NCBI GenBank assembly: GCA_950097015.1
Contig: CATNEN010000034.1
Location: 1,364,001 to 1,428,000 of the forward strand
From: Macrostomum hystrix
Taxonomy: Eukaryota; Animalia; Platyhelminthes
Reading direction: 5' to 3'
DNA length: 64,000 nt
How positions within the stretch are numbered: position 1 is the first letter of the stretch; each line of letters begins with the position of its first letter. The position numbers and the translations under genes are program-made. The notes under the pieces were generated by a model, which saw only the letters and a program-made list of their open reading frames with translations, searched no databases and had not been told where the DNA came from. Shown here piece by piece: positions 1-10,129 of this stretch.

Positions 1-895
1 GATGAGAGATAAGACGAGAGATGAGGAGTGAGAGGTGAGAGATGAGAGATAAGACGAGAGATGAGGAGTGAGAGGTGAGAGATGAGAGATAAGACGAGAG
101 ATGAGGAGTAAGAGGTGAGAGATGAGAGATAAGACGAGAGATGAGGAGAGAGAGGTGGGAGATGAGAGATGAGAGATGAGGAGTGAGAGGTGAGAGATGA
201 GAGATAAGACGAGAGATGAGGAGTGAGAGGTGAGAAATGAGAGATGAGAGATGAGGAGTGAGAGGTGAGAGATGAGAGATAAGACGAGAGATGAGGAGTG
301 AGAGGTGAGAGATGAGAGATAAGACGAGAGATGAGGAGTGAGAGGTGAGAGATGAGAGATAACACGAGAGATGAGGAGTAAGAGGTGAGAGATGAGAGAT
401 AAGACGAGAGATGAGGAGTGAGAGGTGAGAGATGAAAGACGAGAGATGAGGAGTGAGAGGTGAGAAATGAGAGATAAGACGAGAGATGAGGAGTGAGAGG
501 TGAGAGATGAGAGATAAGACGAGAGATGAGGAGTGAGAGGTGGGAGATGAGAGATGAGAGATGAGGAGTAAGAGGTGAGAGATGAGAGATAAGACGAGAG
601 ATGAGGAGTGAGAGGTGAGAGATAAGAGATAAGACGAGAGATGAGGAGTGAGAGGTGAGAGATGAGAGATAAAACGAGAGATGAGGAGTGAGAGGTGAGA
701 GATGAAAGACGAGAGATGAGGACTGAGAGGTGAGAGATGAGAGATAAGACGAGAGATGAGGAGTGAGGGGTGAGAGATGAGAGATAACACGAGAGATGAG
801 GAGTGAGAGGTGAGAGACAAGAGATAAGACGAGAGATGAGGAGTAAGAGGTGAGAGATGAAAGATGAGAGATGAGAGATGAGAGACGAGAGACGA
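1..895. repeat. Purine-rich minisatellite, about 40-bp unit (gagatgagagataagacgagagatgaggagtgagaggtga); runs off the window start
   Basis: Unit repeats directly in the sequence with small indel variants and decays into GA-rich sequence by about 960. Confidence 0.95.
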
Positions 896-1649
896 TTGGT
901 AAGAGATAAGACGAGAGATAAAGGTTGAGAGGTGGGAGATAAATAGATGAGAGGTGAGAGATAAGAGGTGAGTGATGAGAGATGACAGGTGAGATTTTTG
1001 AGATTTTAAACTAAGAGATTAAATATTATAGATTAGAGATTAGAGAATAGAGATTAGGGATGTTTAATGAATAAAGATTAGAGTTTAGATAGATAGATTT
1101 AGATCAGAGGTGAGAGATAAGAGGTGAGGGTGAGAGGACAGGAATGAGATGAGAGAGTAGAAAACGAAGGAATAGCCGAATTAAAAAAATGGCAAGAGGT
1201 AGGCCTAGGCTCTATCTTTAGAAGCAATGTAGACTGAGGAAATAAATAGCTTCAGTTTAGAAATGGAGACAAAAGAAGTCGAAGAACGCCCGGCTGTTTT
1301 AGCACCAATCCACTGGAGACACTTGACCGCGCAGTCAAGACGTGTCAATTCAGAGCAAGCTGTGGGTAGGCATGCTATCTGAAAAAAGCTTTTAGCTGGT
1401 TGCCTGGCATACTTGAGCATTGACCCAAGCTTGTTGCACGGGTCCAAATTCGCACCGAGTGGCGTGTCAACACACTCAAACCTGGCCCAGTGATGGGCAC
1501 TTGACGAAATTTGCGTTAGGCTGACCTTTTTTCTACTTTGACAGGAAAAAATTCGCTAAAATTGCCAGGGGTTATTGTTCAGCTTTATAATGGCGATTCA
1601 TGCAGATCTGGCAGTTACTGGAAGTCTACTATTCTGTCTATTCTGTCTA

Positions 1650-2825
1650 GTAGACAGAATTGTAGACAGACTGGTAGACAGACTGGTAGACAGAATAGTA
1701 GAGAGACTGGTAGACAGAATAGTAGACAGACTGGTAGACAGAATAGTAGAGAGACTGGTAGACAGAATAGTAGACAGACTGGTAGACAGAATGGTAGACA
1801 GACTGGTAGACAGAATAGTAGAGAGACTGGTAGACAGAATAGTAGAGAGACTGGTAGACAGAATAGAAGACAGACTGGTAGACAGAATAGTAGAGAGACT
1901 GGTAGACAGAATAGTAGACAGACTGGTAGACAGAATGGTAGACAGAATAGTAGACAGAATAGTAGACAGAATAGTAGACAGAATGGTAGACAGAATAGTA
2001 GACAGAATAGTAGACAGAATTGTAGACAGAATAGTAGACAGAATAGTAGACAGAATAGTAGACAGAATTGTAGACAGAATAGTAGACAGAATAGTAGACA
2101 GAATAGTAGACAGGATAGTAGACAGAATAGTAGACAGAATAGTAGACAGAATTGTAGACAGAATAGTAGACACAATAGTAGACAATATAGTGGACAGAAT
2201 AGTAGACAGAACAGTAGACAGAGTTGTAGACAGAATAGTAGACACAATAGTAGACAATATAGTGGACAGAATAGTAGACAGAATGGTAGACAGAATAGTA
2301 GACAGAATAGTAGACAGAATTGTAGACAGAATAGTAGACAGAATGGTAGACAGAATAGTAGACAGAATAGTAGACAGAATAGTAGACAGAATAGTAGACA
2401 GAATTGTAGACAGAATAGTAGACAGAATAGTAGACAGGATAGTAGACAGAATAGTAGACAGAATAGTAGACAGAATTGTAGACAGAATAGTAGACACAAT
2501 AGTAGACAATATAGTGGACAGAATAGTAGACAGAACAGTAGACAGAGTTGTAGACAGAATAGTAGACACAATAGTAGACAATATAGTGGACAGAATAGTA
2601 GACAGATTAGTTGACAGAATGGCAGACAGGATAGTAGACAGAATGGTAGACAGAGTAGTAGACAGAATAATAGACAAAATAGTAGACAGAATAGTAGACA
2701 ATATAGTAGACAGACTGGTATACAGACTGGTAGACAGAATAGTAGACACAATAGTAGACAGAATAGTAGACAATATAGTAGACAGACTGGTATACAGACT
2801 GGTAGACAGAATAGTAGACAGAATG
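1650..2825. repeat. 12-bp minisatellite (gtagacagaata with variants)
   Basis: Direct 12-bp periodicity; explains the VDRI/RQNS/STIL/LFCL shadow ORFs on both strands. Confidence 0.95.
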
Positions 2826-3544
2826 GAGGGCAGAATAGTACGAGTAATAGGTGGAGTATATAGATTAATAACAGAAGTTTAAAAATAATGATAGATACTC
2901 TATTAAACACAGATGTAGAGGTAGATGGAGAGGTAGACAGGTAGGAAAGAAGACAGACAAAGTCCGCTCGTAGAAAGAATGGAATGGAACATGTTAGTTT
3001 TTATCATCTTTAATTCAGATCACTTTTAAGAAAAGAAGGCTAGAATTTTGGGGCAAATTTGTCTCTATCGAACTAAAAAACTAATTCCGTTTAAACAAAA
3101 CTGCCTATCAAACAGGTCGGTCTGAGTAAGTTAGACTCACTAGTAACGCAAGCGAATTATTTACTTAAAAGCTTCATTTAAATTTATAATTTATTAAGAC
3201 ACGTGTCCTGATTGCTTCAATCGTAAATTTCGCTTTGTTTATGTCACAATGGTGCCAGCAATCAATGATTGGCACATTGACACTTGAATCCATGCCCTTC
3301 ATGATGCCTGCCCGAACTATAGGCTATACTTCAAAGCAAAATAGTAGGCTGACATTGTACAGATCTAAATTCATAACTGACTGGGTGATTATTCTCGCTT
3401 TTTTCTTTCTGAATAAATTAACTATTATAAGTAGCATTCAACGGACACGAGATTAAGAAAGCACAATGATTACATTAAGCATAGAATATCGATTATTAAA
3501 GCATTTGTTAAAGCCTTAGCGGGGGCAGGTACAATGCCTCAACA

Positions 3545-4790
3545 GACTTGTGGAACAGGTGATGCCGTAACTGACAGATGAAACAGATGATGGCCTGACA
3601 GAGAGGTTGAACAGGTGATGCCCTGACAGACAGGTTGAACAGGTGATGCCCCAACAGACAGGTGAACAGGTGATGCCCTGACAGACAGGTTGAACAGGTG
3701 ATGTCCTGACAGACAGGTTGAACAGGTGATGCCCTGACAGAGAGGTTGAACAGGTGATGCCCCAACAGACAGGTGAACAGGTGATGCCCTGACAGAGAGG
3801 TTGAACAGGTGATGCCCTGACAGAGAGGTTGAACAGGTGATGTCCTGACAGACAGGTTGAACAGGTGATGCCCTAACAGACAGGCGAACAGCTGATGCTC
3901 CAACAGACAGGTGAACAGCTGATGTCCTGACAGACAAGTGAACAGGTGATTCCCTGACAGACAGGTTGAACAGGTGATGCCTTAACGGACAGGTGAACAG
4001 GTGATGCCCTGACAGAGAGGTTGAACAGGTGATGCCCTGACAGACAGGTTGAACAGGTGATGCCCTGACAGAGAGGTTGAACAGGTGATGCCCTGACAGA
4101 GAGGTTGAACAGGTGATGTCCTGACAGACAGGTTGAACAGCTGATGCTCCAACAGACAGGCGAACAGCTGATGCTCCAACAGACAGGTGAACAGCTGATG
4201 TCCTGACAGACAAGTGAACAGGTGATTCCCTGACAGACAGGTTGAACAGGTGATGCCTTAACGGACAGGTGAACAGGTGATGCCCTGACAGACAGGTTGA
4301 ACAGGTGATGCCCTAACAGACAGGCGAACAGCTGATGCTCCAACAGACAGGTGAACAGCTGATGCCCTGACAGACAAGTGAACAGGTGATTCCCTGACAG
4401 ACAGGTTGAACAGGTGATTCCCTAACAGACAGGTTGAACAGGTGATGCCTTAACGGACAGGTGAACAGGTGATGCCCTGACAGACAGGTTGAACAGGTGA
4501 TGCCCCAACAGACAGGTGAACAGGCGATGCCCTGACAGAGAGGTTGAAAAGGTGATGCCCCAACAGACAGGTGAACAGGTGATGCCCTGACAGACAGGTG
4601 AACAGCTGATGCCCTGACAGACAGGTTGAACAGGTGATTCTCTGACAGACAGGTTGAACAGGTGATTCCCTGACAGACAGGTTGAACAGGTGATTCCCTG
4701 ACAGACAGGTTGAACAGGTGATTACCTGACAGACAGACTGAAGAAGTAATGCCTCAACAGAAAGGTTGAGCAGGTGATGACGTGACAGAC
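3545..4790. repeat. 27-28-bp minisatellite (gacagacaggttgaacaggtgatgccct)
   Basis: Direct tandem repetition; 1-bp length variants break the reading frames. Confidence 0.95.
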
Positions 4791-5184
4791 AGGTACGAGC
4801 TAAAACAGGTGTTTTTCTGACAGACAGGTGTATCAGGTGATGCCCTGTCAGATAGAGGGTTGTTGTTGGCCCATAGTAGAGCGCACTATCACCATGGGCT
4901 TTCTGACTGTTGTCAGCAGACCCCTAGTCCCGGCACGCGCTTCTAGTTAGAAGTTTTCGCAAAACCTTTGGGCGAATTTCGCGACAGGTGAATGTGGAAG
5001 ATAAATTATGCAAGCTCTAAAGTTTGCCCAGTCTGACACCAATATTGGATACGGTCACGTTCCACATACTGTGTTGAAAATGATTTATCGAGTCATGGAA
5101 AGCAAAACTTGCTCAAAGCGGTTCAAGTTATGTTTTATGTTCGAAGTTCGTGCAAAGGTCGTTAGTTACTTTTACAGATTTACA

Positions 5185-5190
5185 TATAAA
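5185..5190 (+). promoter_or_regulatory. Candidate TATA box of secreted repeat gene 1
   Basis: TATAAA about 60 nt upstream of ATG 5250 in an AT-rich leader. Motif match only. Confidence 0.3.
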
Positions 5191-5249
5191 GAAGAAGCAC
5201 ATGAAAAAAATATTTAACTAACTAAAATAGTTTTCATTTGAAAACAAAA

Positions 5250-8200
5250 ATGAAACCTCAGTTCAGGTGTATTATTCGAGTTCTTCTTCTGATCCTGCTT
5301 TGCGGCAGTCACAGTGAAGCTGCGCCAACAACCACCACGACAGCCGTATCTCTTCAAAACGAATCCACGAGTACAATAGCACCTGATGAATATACGGATG
5401 TACCTGTTGAAGGTAACGCTCATCAAAACGAATCTACAACAGCACCTGCTGAATCGAAGGATGAACATGTTAGAAACAACGTTCGTAAAAAAATACCTAA
5501 AATAGCACCTGATACAACAGCGCCTAACGAACCTACGGAAACACCTGTTAAAACCAATGCTCGTCAAAACGAATTTACAACAACACCTGATGAATTTTTG
5601 GATGCAGCTGTTGAAACTAGCGCTCGTCAAAACGAATCTACAACAGCACCTAATAAACTTATGAAAAAGCATGTTAAAACCAATGCTCGTCAAAACAAAT
5701 TTACAACAACACCTGATGAATTTATGGATGCAACTGTTGAAACTAGCGCTCGTCAAAACGAATCTACAACAGCACCTAATAAACTTATGAAAACGCATGT
5801 TAAAACCAATGCTCGTCAAAACGAATTTACAACAACACCTGATGAATTTTTGGATGCAAATGTTGAAACTAGCGCTCGTCAAAACGAATCTACAACAGCA
5901 CCTAATAAACTTATGAAAACGCATGTTAAAACCAATGCTCGTCAAAACGAATTTACAACAACACCTGATGAATTTTTGGATGCAGCTGTTGAAACTAGCG
6001 CTCGTCAAAACGAATCTACAACAGCACCTAATAAACTTATGAAAACGCATGTTAAAACCAATGCTCGTCAAAACAAATTTACAACAACACCTGATGAATT
6101 TATGGATGCAACTGTTGAAACTAGCGCTCGTCAAAACGAATCTACAACAGCACCTAATAAACTTATGAAAACGCATGTTAAAACCAATGCTCGTCAAAAC
6201 GAATTTACAACAACACCTGATGAATTTATGGATGCAACTGTTGAAACTAGCGCTCGTCAAAACGAATCTACAACAGCACCTAATAAACTTATGAAAACGC
6301 ATGTTAAAACCAATGCTCGTCAAAACGAATTTACAACAACACCTGATGAATTTATGGATGCAACTGTTGAAACTAGCGCTCGTCAAAACGAATCTACAAC
6401 AGCACCTAATAAACTTATGAAAACGCATGTTAAAACCAATGCTCGTCAAAACGAATTTACAACAACACCTGATGAATTTATGGATGCAACTGTTGAAACT
6501 AGCGCTCGTCAAAACGAATCTACAACAGCACCTAATAAACTTATGAAAACGCATGTTAAAACCAATGCTCGTCAAAACGAATTTACAACAACACCTGATG
6601 AATTTATGGATGCAACTGTTGAAACTAGCGCTCGTCAAAACGAATCTACAACAGCACCTAATAAACTTATGAAAACGCATGTTAAAACCAATGCTCGTCA
6701 AAACGAATTTACAACAACACCTGATGAATTTATGGATGAACCTGTTGAAACAAGAGCTCGTCAAGCTAAATTGACCATAGCACCTAATGAATCTAAGAAC
6801 GCACCAGTTAGAAAAAGCGCTCGTCGAAAGAAACCTACAACAGCACCTGATGAATCTACGGATACACCTGTTGGAACTGCAAGACCACCAGCGACTACTC
6901 GAGAAAAAATTGGGAAAATCGTGCAAAACCGTCACAATCGTAGATATAGTCGACTGAAGCACGGGCACATTAACGTCGGTCATAGTCAGCAAGTGAAACT
7001 TTTGAGCCAGCGCACAGATCAAAAGCACCGTAGACAATATAATGACAACCACCCCAAGCTCCAAAATCTTTCGCGTCAGATTCTCAACCGAAACTATAGA
7101 CGTAACAGACAGCATCCTATCCGTTACAATCGCCAAAACCACAGAATTTATCGACATGATCACAGTCACTTTAAAATGCGACACGAAAAGTATCGGATAC
7201 ATCATGACAATGGCCAACGTGAAGGAAATAAAATACATAAGGAACTGCGCGACAAACTGCGCGATAAACCACATGGGAAACATTCTGAACATCGCAACAA
7301 CCAGCTTGGCAAACATCCTGAACATCGCAACAACCAGCTTGGCAAACATTCTGAACATCGCAACAACCAGCTTGGCAAACATCCTGAACATCGCAACAAC
7401 CAGCTTGGCAAACATTCTGAACATCGCAACAACCAGCTTGGCAAACATCCTGAACATCGCAACAACCAGGTTGGCAAACATCCTGAACATCGCAACAACC
7501 AGGTCGGCAAACATTCTGAACATCGCAACAACCAGGTTGGCAAAAATCCTGAACATCGTAACAACCACCATGGCAAACGTCCTGAACATCGCAGCAACCA
7601 GGTTGGCAAAAATCCTGAACATCGTAACAACCACCATGGCAAACGTCCTGAACATCGCCGCAACCGATACGGCAAACGTCCTGAACATCGCCGCAACCGA
7701 TATGGCAGACGTCCTAAACATCGCCACAACCGATATGGCAACCGTCCTAAACATCGCCGCAACCGATACGGCAAACGTCCTGAACATCGCCGCAACCGAT
7801 ACGGCAAACGTCCTGAACATCGCCGCAACCGATATGGCAGACGTCCTAAACATCGCCACAACCGATATGGCAACCGTCCTAAACATCGCCGCAACCGATA
7901 CGGCAAACGTCCTAAACATCGCGGCAACCGATACGGCAACCGTCCTGAACATCGCCGCAACCGATATGGCAAACGTCCTGAACATCGCCGCAACCGATAT
8001 GGCAACCGTCCTGAACATCGCCGCAACCGATATGGCAAACGTCCTGAACATCGCCGCAACCGATATGGCAAACGTCCTGAACATCGCAACAACAGACGAA
8101 GCCGTCGAAATGTACATCGATTCAACCGACGTCACGAAGATGATAATGAGAATGACGGATCTAATGCAGGACGTGATGAATACTACAATAGTTTCAGAGG

Positions 8201-8345
8201 CACTATCAATTACTATCATCGGGGTTATCAGAGACGCAGGCTCCGCAGCTACAGAAGCACTCACGACACTGAGCGCATGGCTTCTCAACAGTGGAGCAGC
8301 CGCCGGTACAACAATTGGTACCAAGAGCATGGCACCGACCTATAG
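5250..8345 (+). CDS. Secreted two-domain tandem-repeat protein (1031 aa): Thr-rich 42-aa repeats followed by Arg/His/Asn/Lys/Tyr-rich 11-aa repeats
   Basis: Uninterrupted single-exon ORF. ATG in aaaATG context, then a signal-peptide-like MKPQFRCIIRVLLLILLCGSHSEA. Nine 126-bp units start at 5613 to 6621, and about 24 33-bp units span about 7290-8090. Non-repeat linkers and termini are also open in this frame; synonymous variants occur between units (CGC/CGT, GTT/GTC, TAC/TAT). Confidence 0.85.
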   Translation: MKPQFRCIIRVLLLILLCGSHSEAAPTTTTTAVSLQNESTSTIAPDEYTDVPVEGNAHQNESTTAPAESKDEHVRNNVRKKIPKIAPDTTAPNEPTETPVKTNARQNEFTTTPDEFLDAAVETSARQNESTTAPNKLMKKHVKTNARQNKFTTTPDEFMDATVETSARQNESTTAPNKLMKTHVKTNARQNEFTTTPDEFLDANVETSARQNESTTAPNKLMKTHVKTNARQNEFTTTPDEFLDAAVETSARQNESTTAPNKLMKTHVKTNARQNKFTTTPDEFMDATVETSARQNESTTAPNKLMKTHVKTNARQNEFTTTPDEFMDATVETSARQNESTTAPNKLMKTHVKTNARQNEFTTTPDEFMDATVETSARQNESTTAPNKLMKTHVKTNARQNEFTTTPDEFMDATVETSARQNESTTAPNKLMKTHVKTNARQNEFTTTPDEFMDATVETSARQNESTTAPNKLMKTHVKTNARQNEFTTTPDEFMDEPVETRARQAKLTIAPNESKNAPVRKSARRKKPTTAPDESTDTPVGTARPPATTREKIGKIVQNRHNRRYSRLKHGHINVGHSQQVKLLSQRTDQKHRRQYNDNHPKLQNLSRQILNRNYRRNRQHPIRYNRQNHRIYRHDHSHFKMRHEKYRIHHDNGQREGNKIHKELRDKLRDKPHGKHSEHRNNQLGKHPEHRNNQLGKHSEHRNNQLGKHPEHRNNQLGKHSEHRNNQLGKHPEHRNNQVGKHPEHRNNQVGKHSEHRNNQVGKNPEHRNNHHGKRPEHRSNQVGKNPEHRNNHHGKRPEHRRNRYGKRPEHRRNRYGRRPKHRHNRYGNRPKHRRNRYGKRPEHRRNRYGKRPEHRRNRYGRRPKHRHNRYGNRPKHRRNRYGKRPKHRGNRYGNRPEHRRNRYGKRPEHRRNRYGNRPEHRRNRYGKRPEHRRNRYGKRPEHRNNRRSRRNVHRFNRRHEDDNENDGSNAGRDEYYNSFRGTINYYHRGYQRRRLRSYRSTHDTERMASQQWSSRRYNNWYQEHGTDL

Positions 8346-8361
8346 ATTCCTAGCTATCACT

Positions 8362-8391
8362 CTATCAGACTAACAGTCCTTAGTCTGATAG
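8362..8391 (+). other. Perfect 12-bp stem-loop just after the gene 1 stop codon
   Basis: ctatcagactaa (8362-8373), loop cagtcc, ttagtctgatag (8380-8391); the arms are exact reverse complements. Confidence 0.7.
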
Positions 8392-8566
8392 CTACTAAAG
8401 TTTTAAATTATCTTCAATCAATAACATATACGCTCGTATATTAATTTGCGGTGTTGGTTAAACAATTCACTGTCAGTCTGCATAAATATATTGATAAATT
8501 TTGTCAGGTTAAAACCACCAAAACAGACTGATGGCTTGCTAAAAAGGATTAATAAGTAACTTGAAA

Positions 8567-8832
8567 ATGGATCGATTTTTCATTACACCGCTTTAAAAGC
8601 GGTAATCTTTGGAGAATTTTGCGAGAGACCATATTCGAAAGGCTATCAGAAGTAAACACCAGAACTAAGGACCTAATTCAGAATCGAAGCAGGACTTGAA
8701 CTCGGAATCGAAGCAGGATCTGAACTCGGAATCGTAGCAGGAGACAAACTCTGAATTGGAGCCGGACCTGAACTCGGAATCGAAGTAGGACCCAAACTCA
8801 GAGCGGAAACAGTAGCCATAATAGTGATCTTG
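8567..8832 (+). pseudogene. Degenerate relic of an 8-aa (NSESKQDL) repeat coding sequence
   Basis: Six 24-bp units read NSESKQDL/NSESKQDL/NSES*QET/NSELEPDL/NSESK*DP/NSERKQ*P in one frame, with largely synonymous differences (TCA/TCG/TCT, GAC/GAT, TTG/CTG, AAT/AAC). Upstream the same frame reads ENFARDHIRKAIRSKHQN*; ATG 8567 is in frame but several stops intervene. Confidence 0.45.
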
Positions 8833-9509
8833 ATGTAAAAAACGAAGAAGTTCATTCGCTATTGAATATATTTTAAATTTTTGTTCGTGAAAGTGAAAGC
8901 AGAGCGTAAAAGTTTAAGATCGAATCGATATAATGCTAAAAAAATTCTTCAGCAGCTTAACGATAAGCAGACTTAGAAATGAGCAAGTAGGCCAATACAG
9001 GTGAAGAGTTTTTTCTTTCATCGCCTTGCCTTACTGCAGTTCATGTGCCCCCGCTTGAGCTTTAAAATTTCACCTTTGCCTATCCTTAGATTCAAAGTAG
9101 GTCGCTGAATGAAAGTTATGTGACAAATGCAAATGCGCAACATTGCTTGTTTCAGTCTTGGAACTGTGCCGTTGCCTTAGTTTTAGGAAATGTAAAACTG
9201 GGAATTAAATGAACTGCCCGAATGTTAGCACAGCGAAATCGACAAGTGTCGACAACTGCATACTTAAAATGCAGTTCACGACGACGTCCTCATTATGTTG
9301 CGTTTCTCCTGTCTGGAAAGTCACACACTGCGGATCCGATTGGAAACTAATATTTTGAGGCACCTGCTCAGTGCAATCTGTCACTGAGTAATTTGGTATA
9401 AAGTCAAACGAAAAAACTTTTTTTTAGATGTTATAGACTTTTTAGACTTTTATCGACTATCGAGAAAAAATCCAACCTTAAAAAATCTATATCGTTAAGG
9501 TTTGCAAGA

Positions 9510-10129
9510 ATGAGTTTTTTGCTGACAGCAGTGTTGGTACTGCTGTTTGGTAGCGTGATGTCCGGATTAGCGCTTGGCAACCAAGAGTTTCATTCTTGTC
9601 CGACTTTCAGAGACTAGAAAAAAGCGACTGCAACATCGCGAGGCCCAAAGACCACAGGACAAGGAGCAAGTAACACCGCGTGGCCCGAAGACCACAGGAC
9701 AAGGAGGGACTCGCACTCCGCGAGGCCCAAAGACCACAGGACAAGGAGGGACTCGCCTCCGCGAGGCCCAAAGACCACAGGACAAGGAGGGACTCGCCTC
9801 CGCGAGGCCCAAAGACCACAGGACAAGGAGGGACTCGCACTCCGCGAGACCCAAAGACCACAGGACAAGGGGGGACTCGCACTCCGCGAGGCCCAAAGAC
9901 CACAGGACAAGGAGGGACTCGCACTCCGCGAGGCCCAAAGACCACAGGACAAGGAGGGACTCGCACTCCGCGAGGCCCAAAGACCACAGGACAAGGAGCA
10001 AGTGTAACACCACGTGGCCCGAAAACCACTGGGCAAGGATGGACTGGAACATCGCGTGGCCTGAAGACCACACGACAAGTGCCTTGGAAACTGGCTGTCG
10101 ATTGGGTGGAAACCGAATATTTTGTCTGA
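9510..10129 (+). pseudogene. Disrupted gene for a secreted 14-aa repeat protein (TPRGPKTTGQGGTR x11)
   Basis: ATG 9510 opens the signal-like MSFLLTAVLVLLFGSVMSGLALG, in frame with the first RGPKTTGQG unit but interrupted by TAG 9615-9617. Unit spacings 40,42,41,41,42... imply -2, -1 and -1 frameshifts. Core differences between units are synonymous in the RGPKTTGQG frame. Ends ...VDWVETEYFV-TGA 10129. Confidence 0.75.

Noticed and set aside
1205-1530. Cys-containing minus-strand open frame between two arrays
   Set aside because: No convincing start, splice partners or recognisable family; kept out of the features.
1538-4343. Long ORFs on both strands (VDRI, RQNS, STIL, LFCL, HLSVRASPVQ)
   Set aside because: Translations of 12-bp and 27-28-bp non-coding arrays; open in several frames at once, with no unique coding flanks or frame-specific synonymous bias.
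5214-8330. 1038-aa antisense ORF in register with gene 1
   Set aside because: Only requires absence of TTA/CTA/TCA codons in a repetitive Leu/Ser-poor sense ORF; no signal or domain logic.
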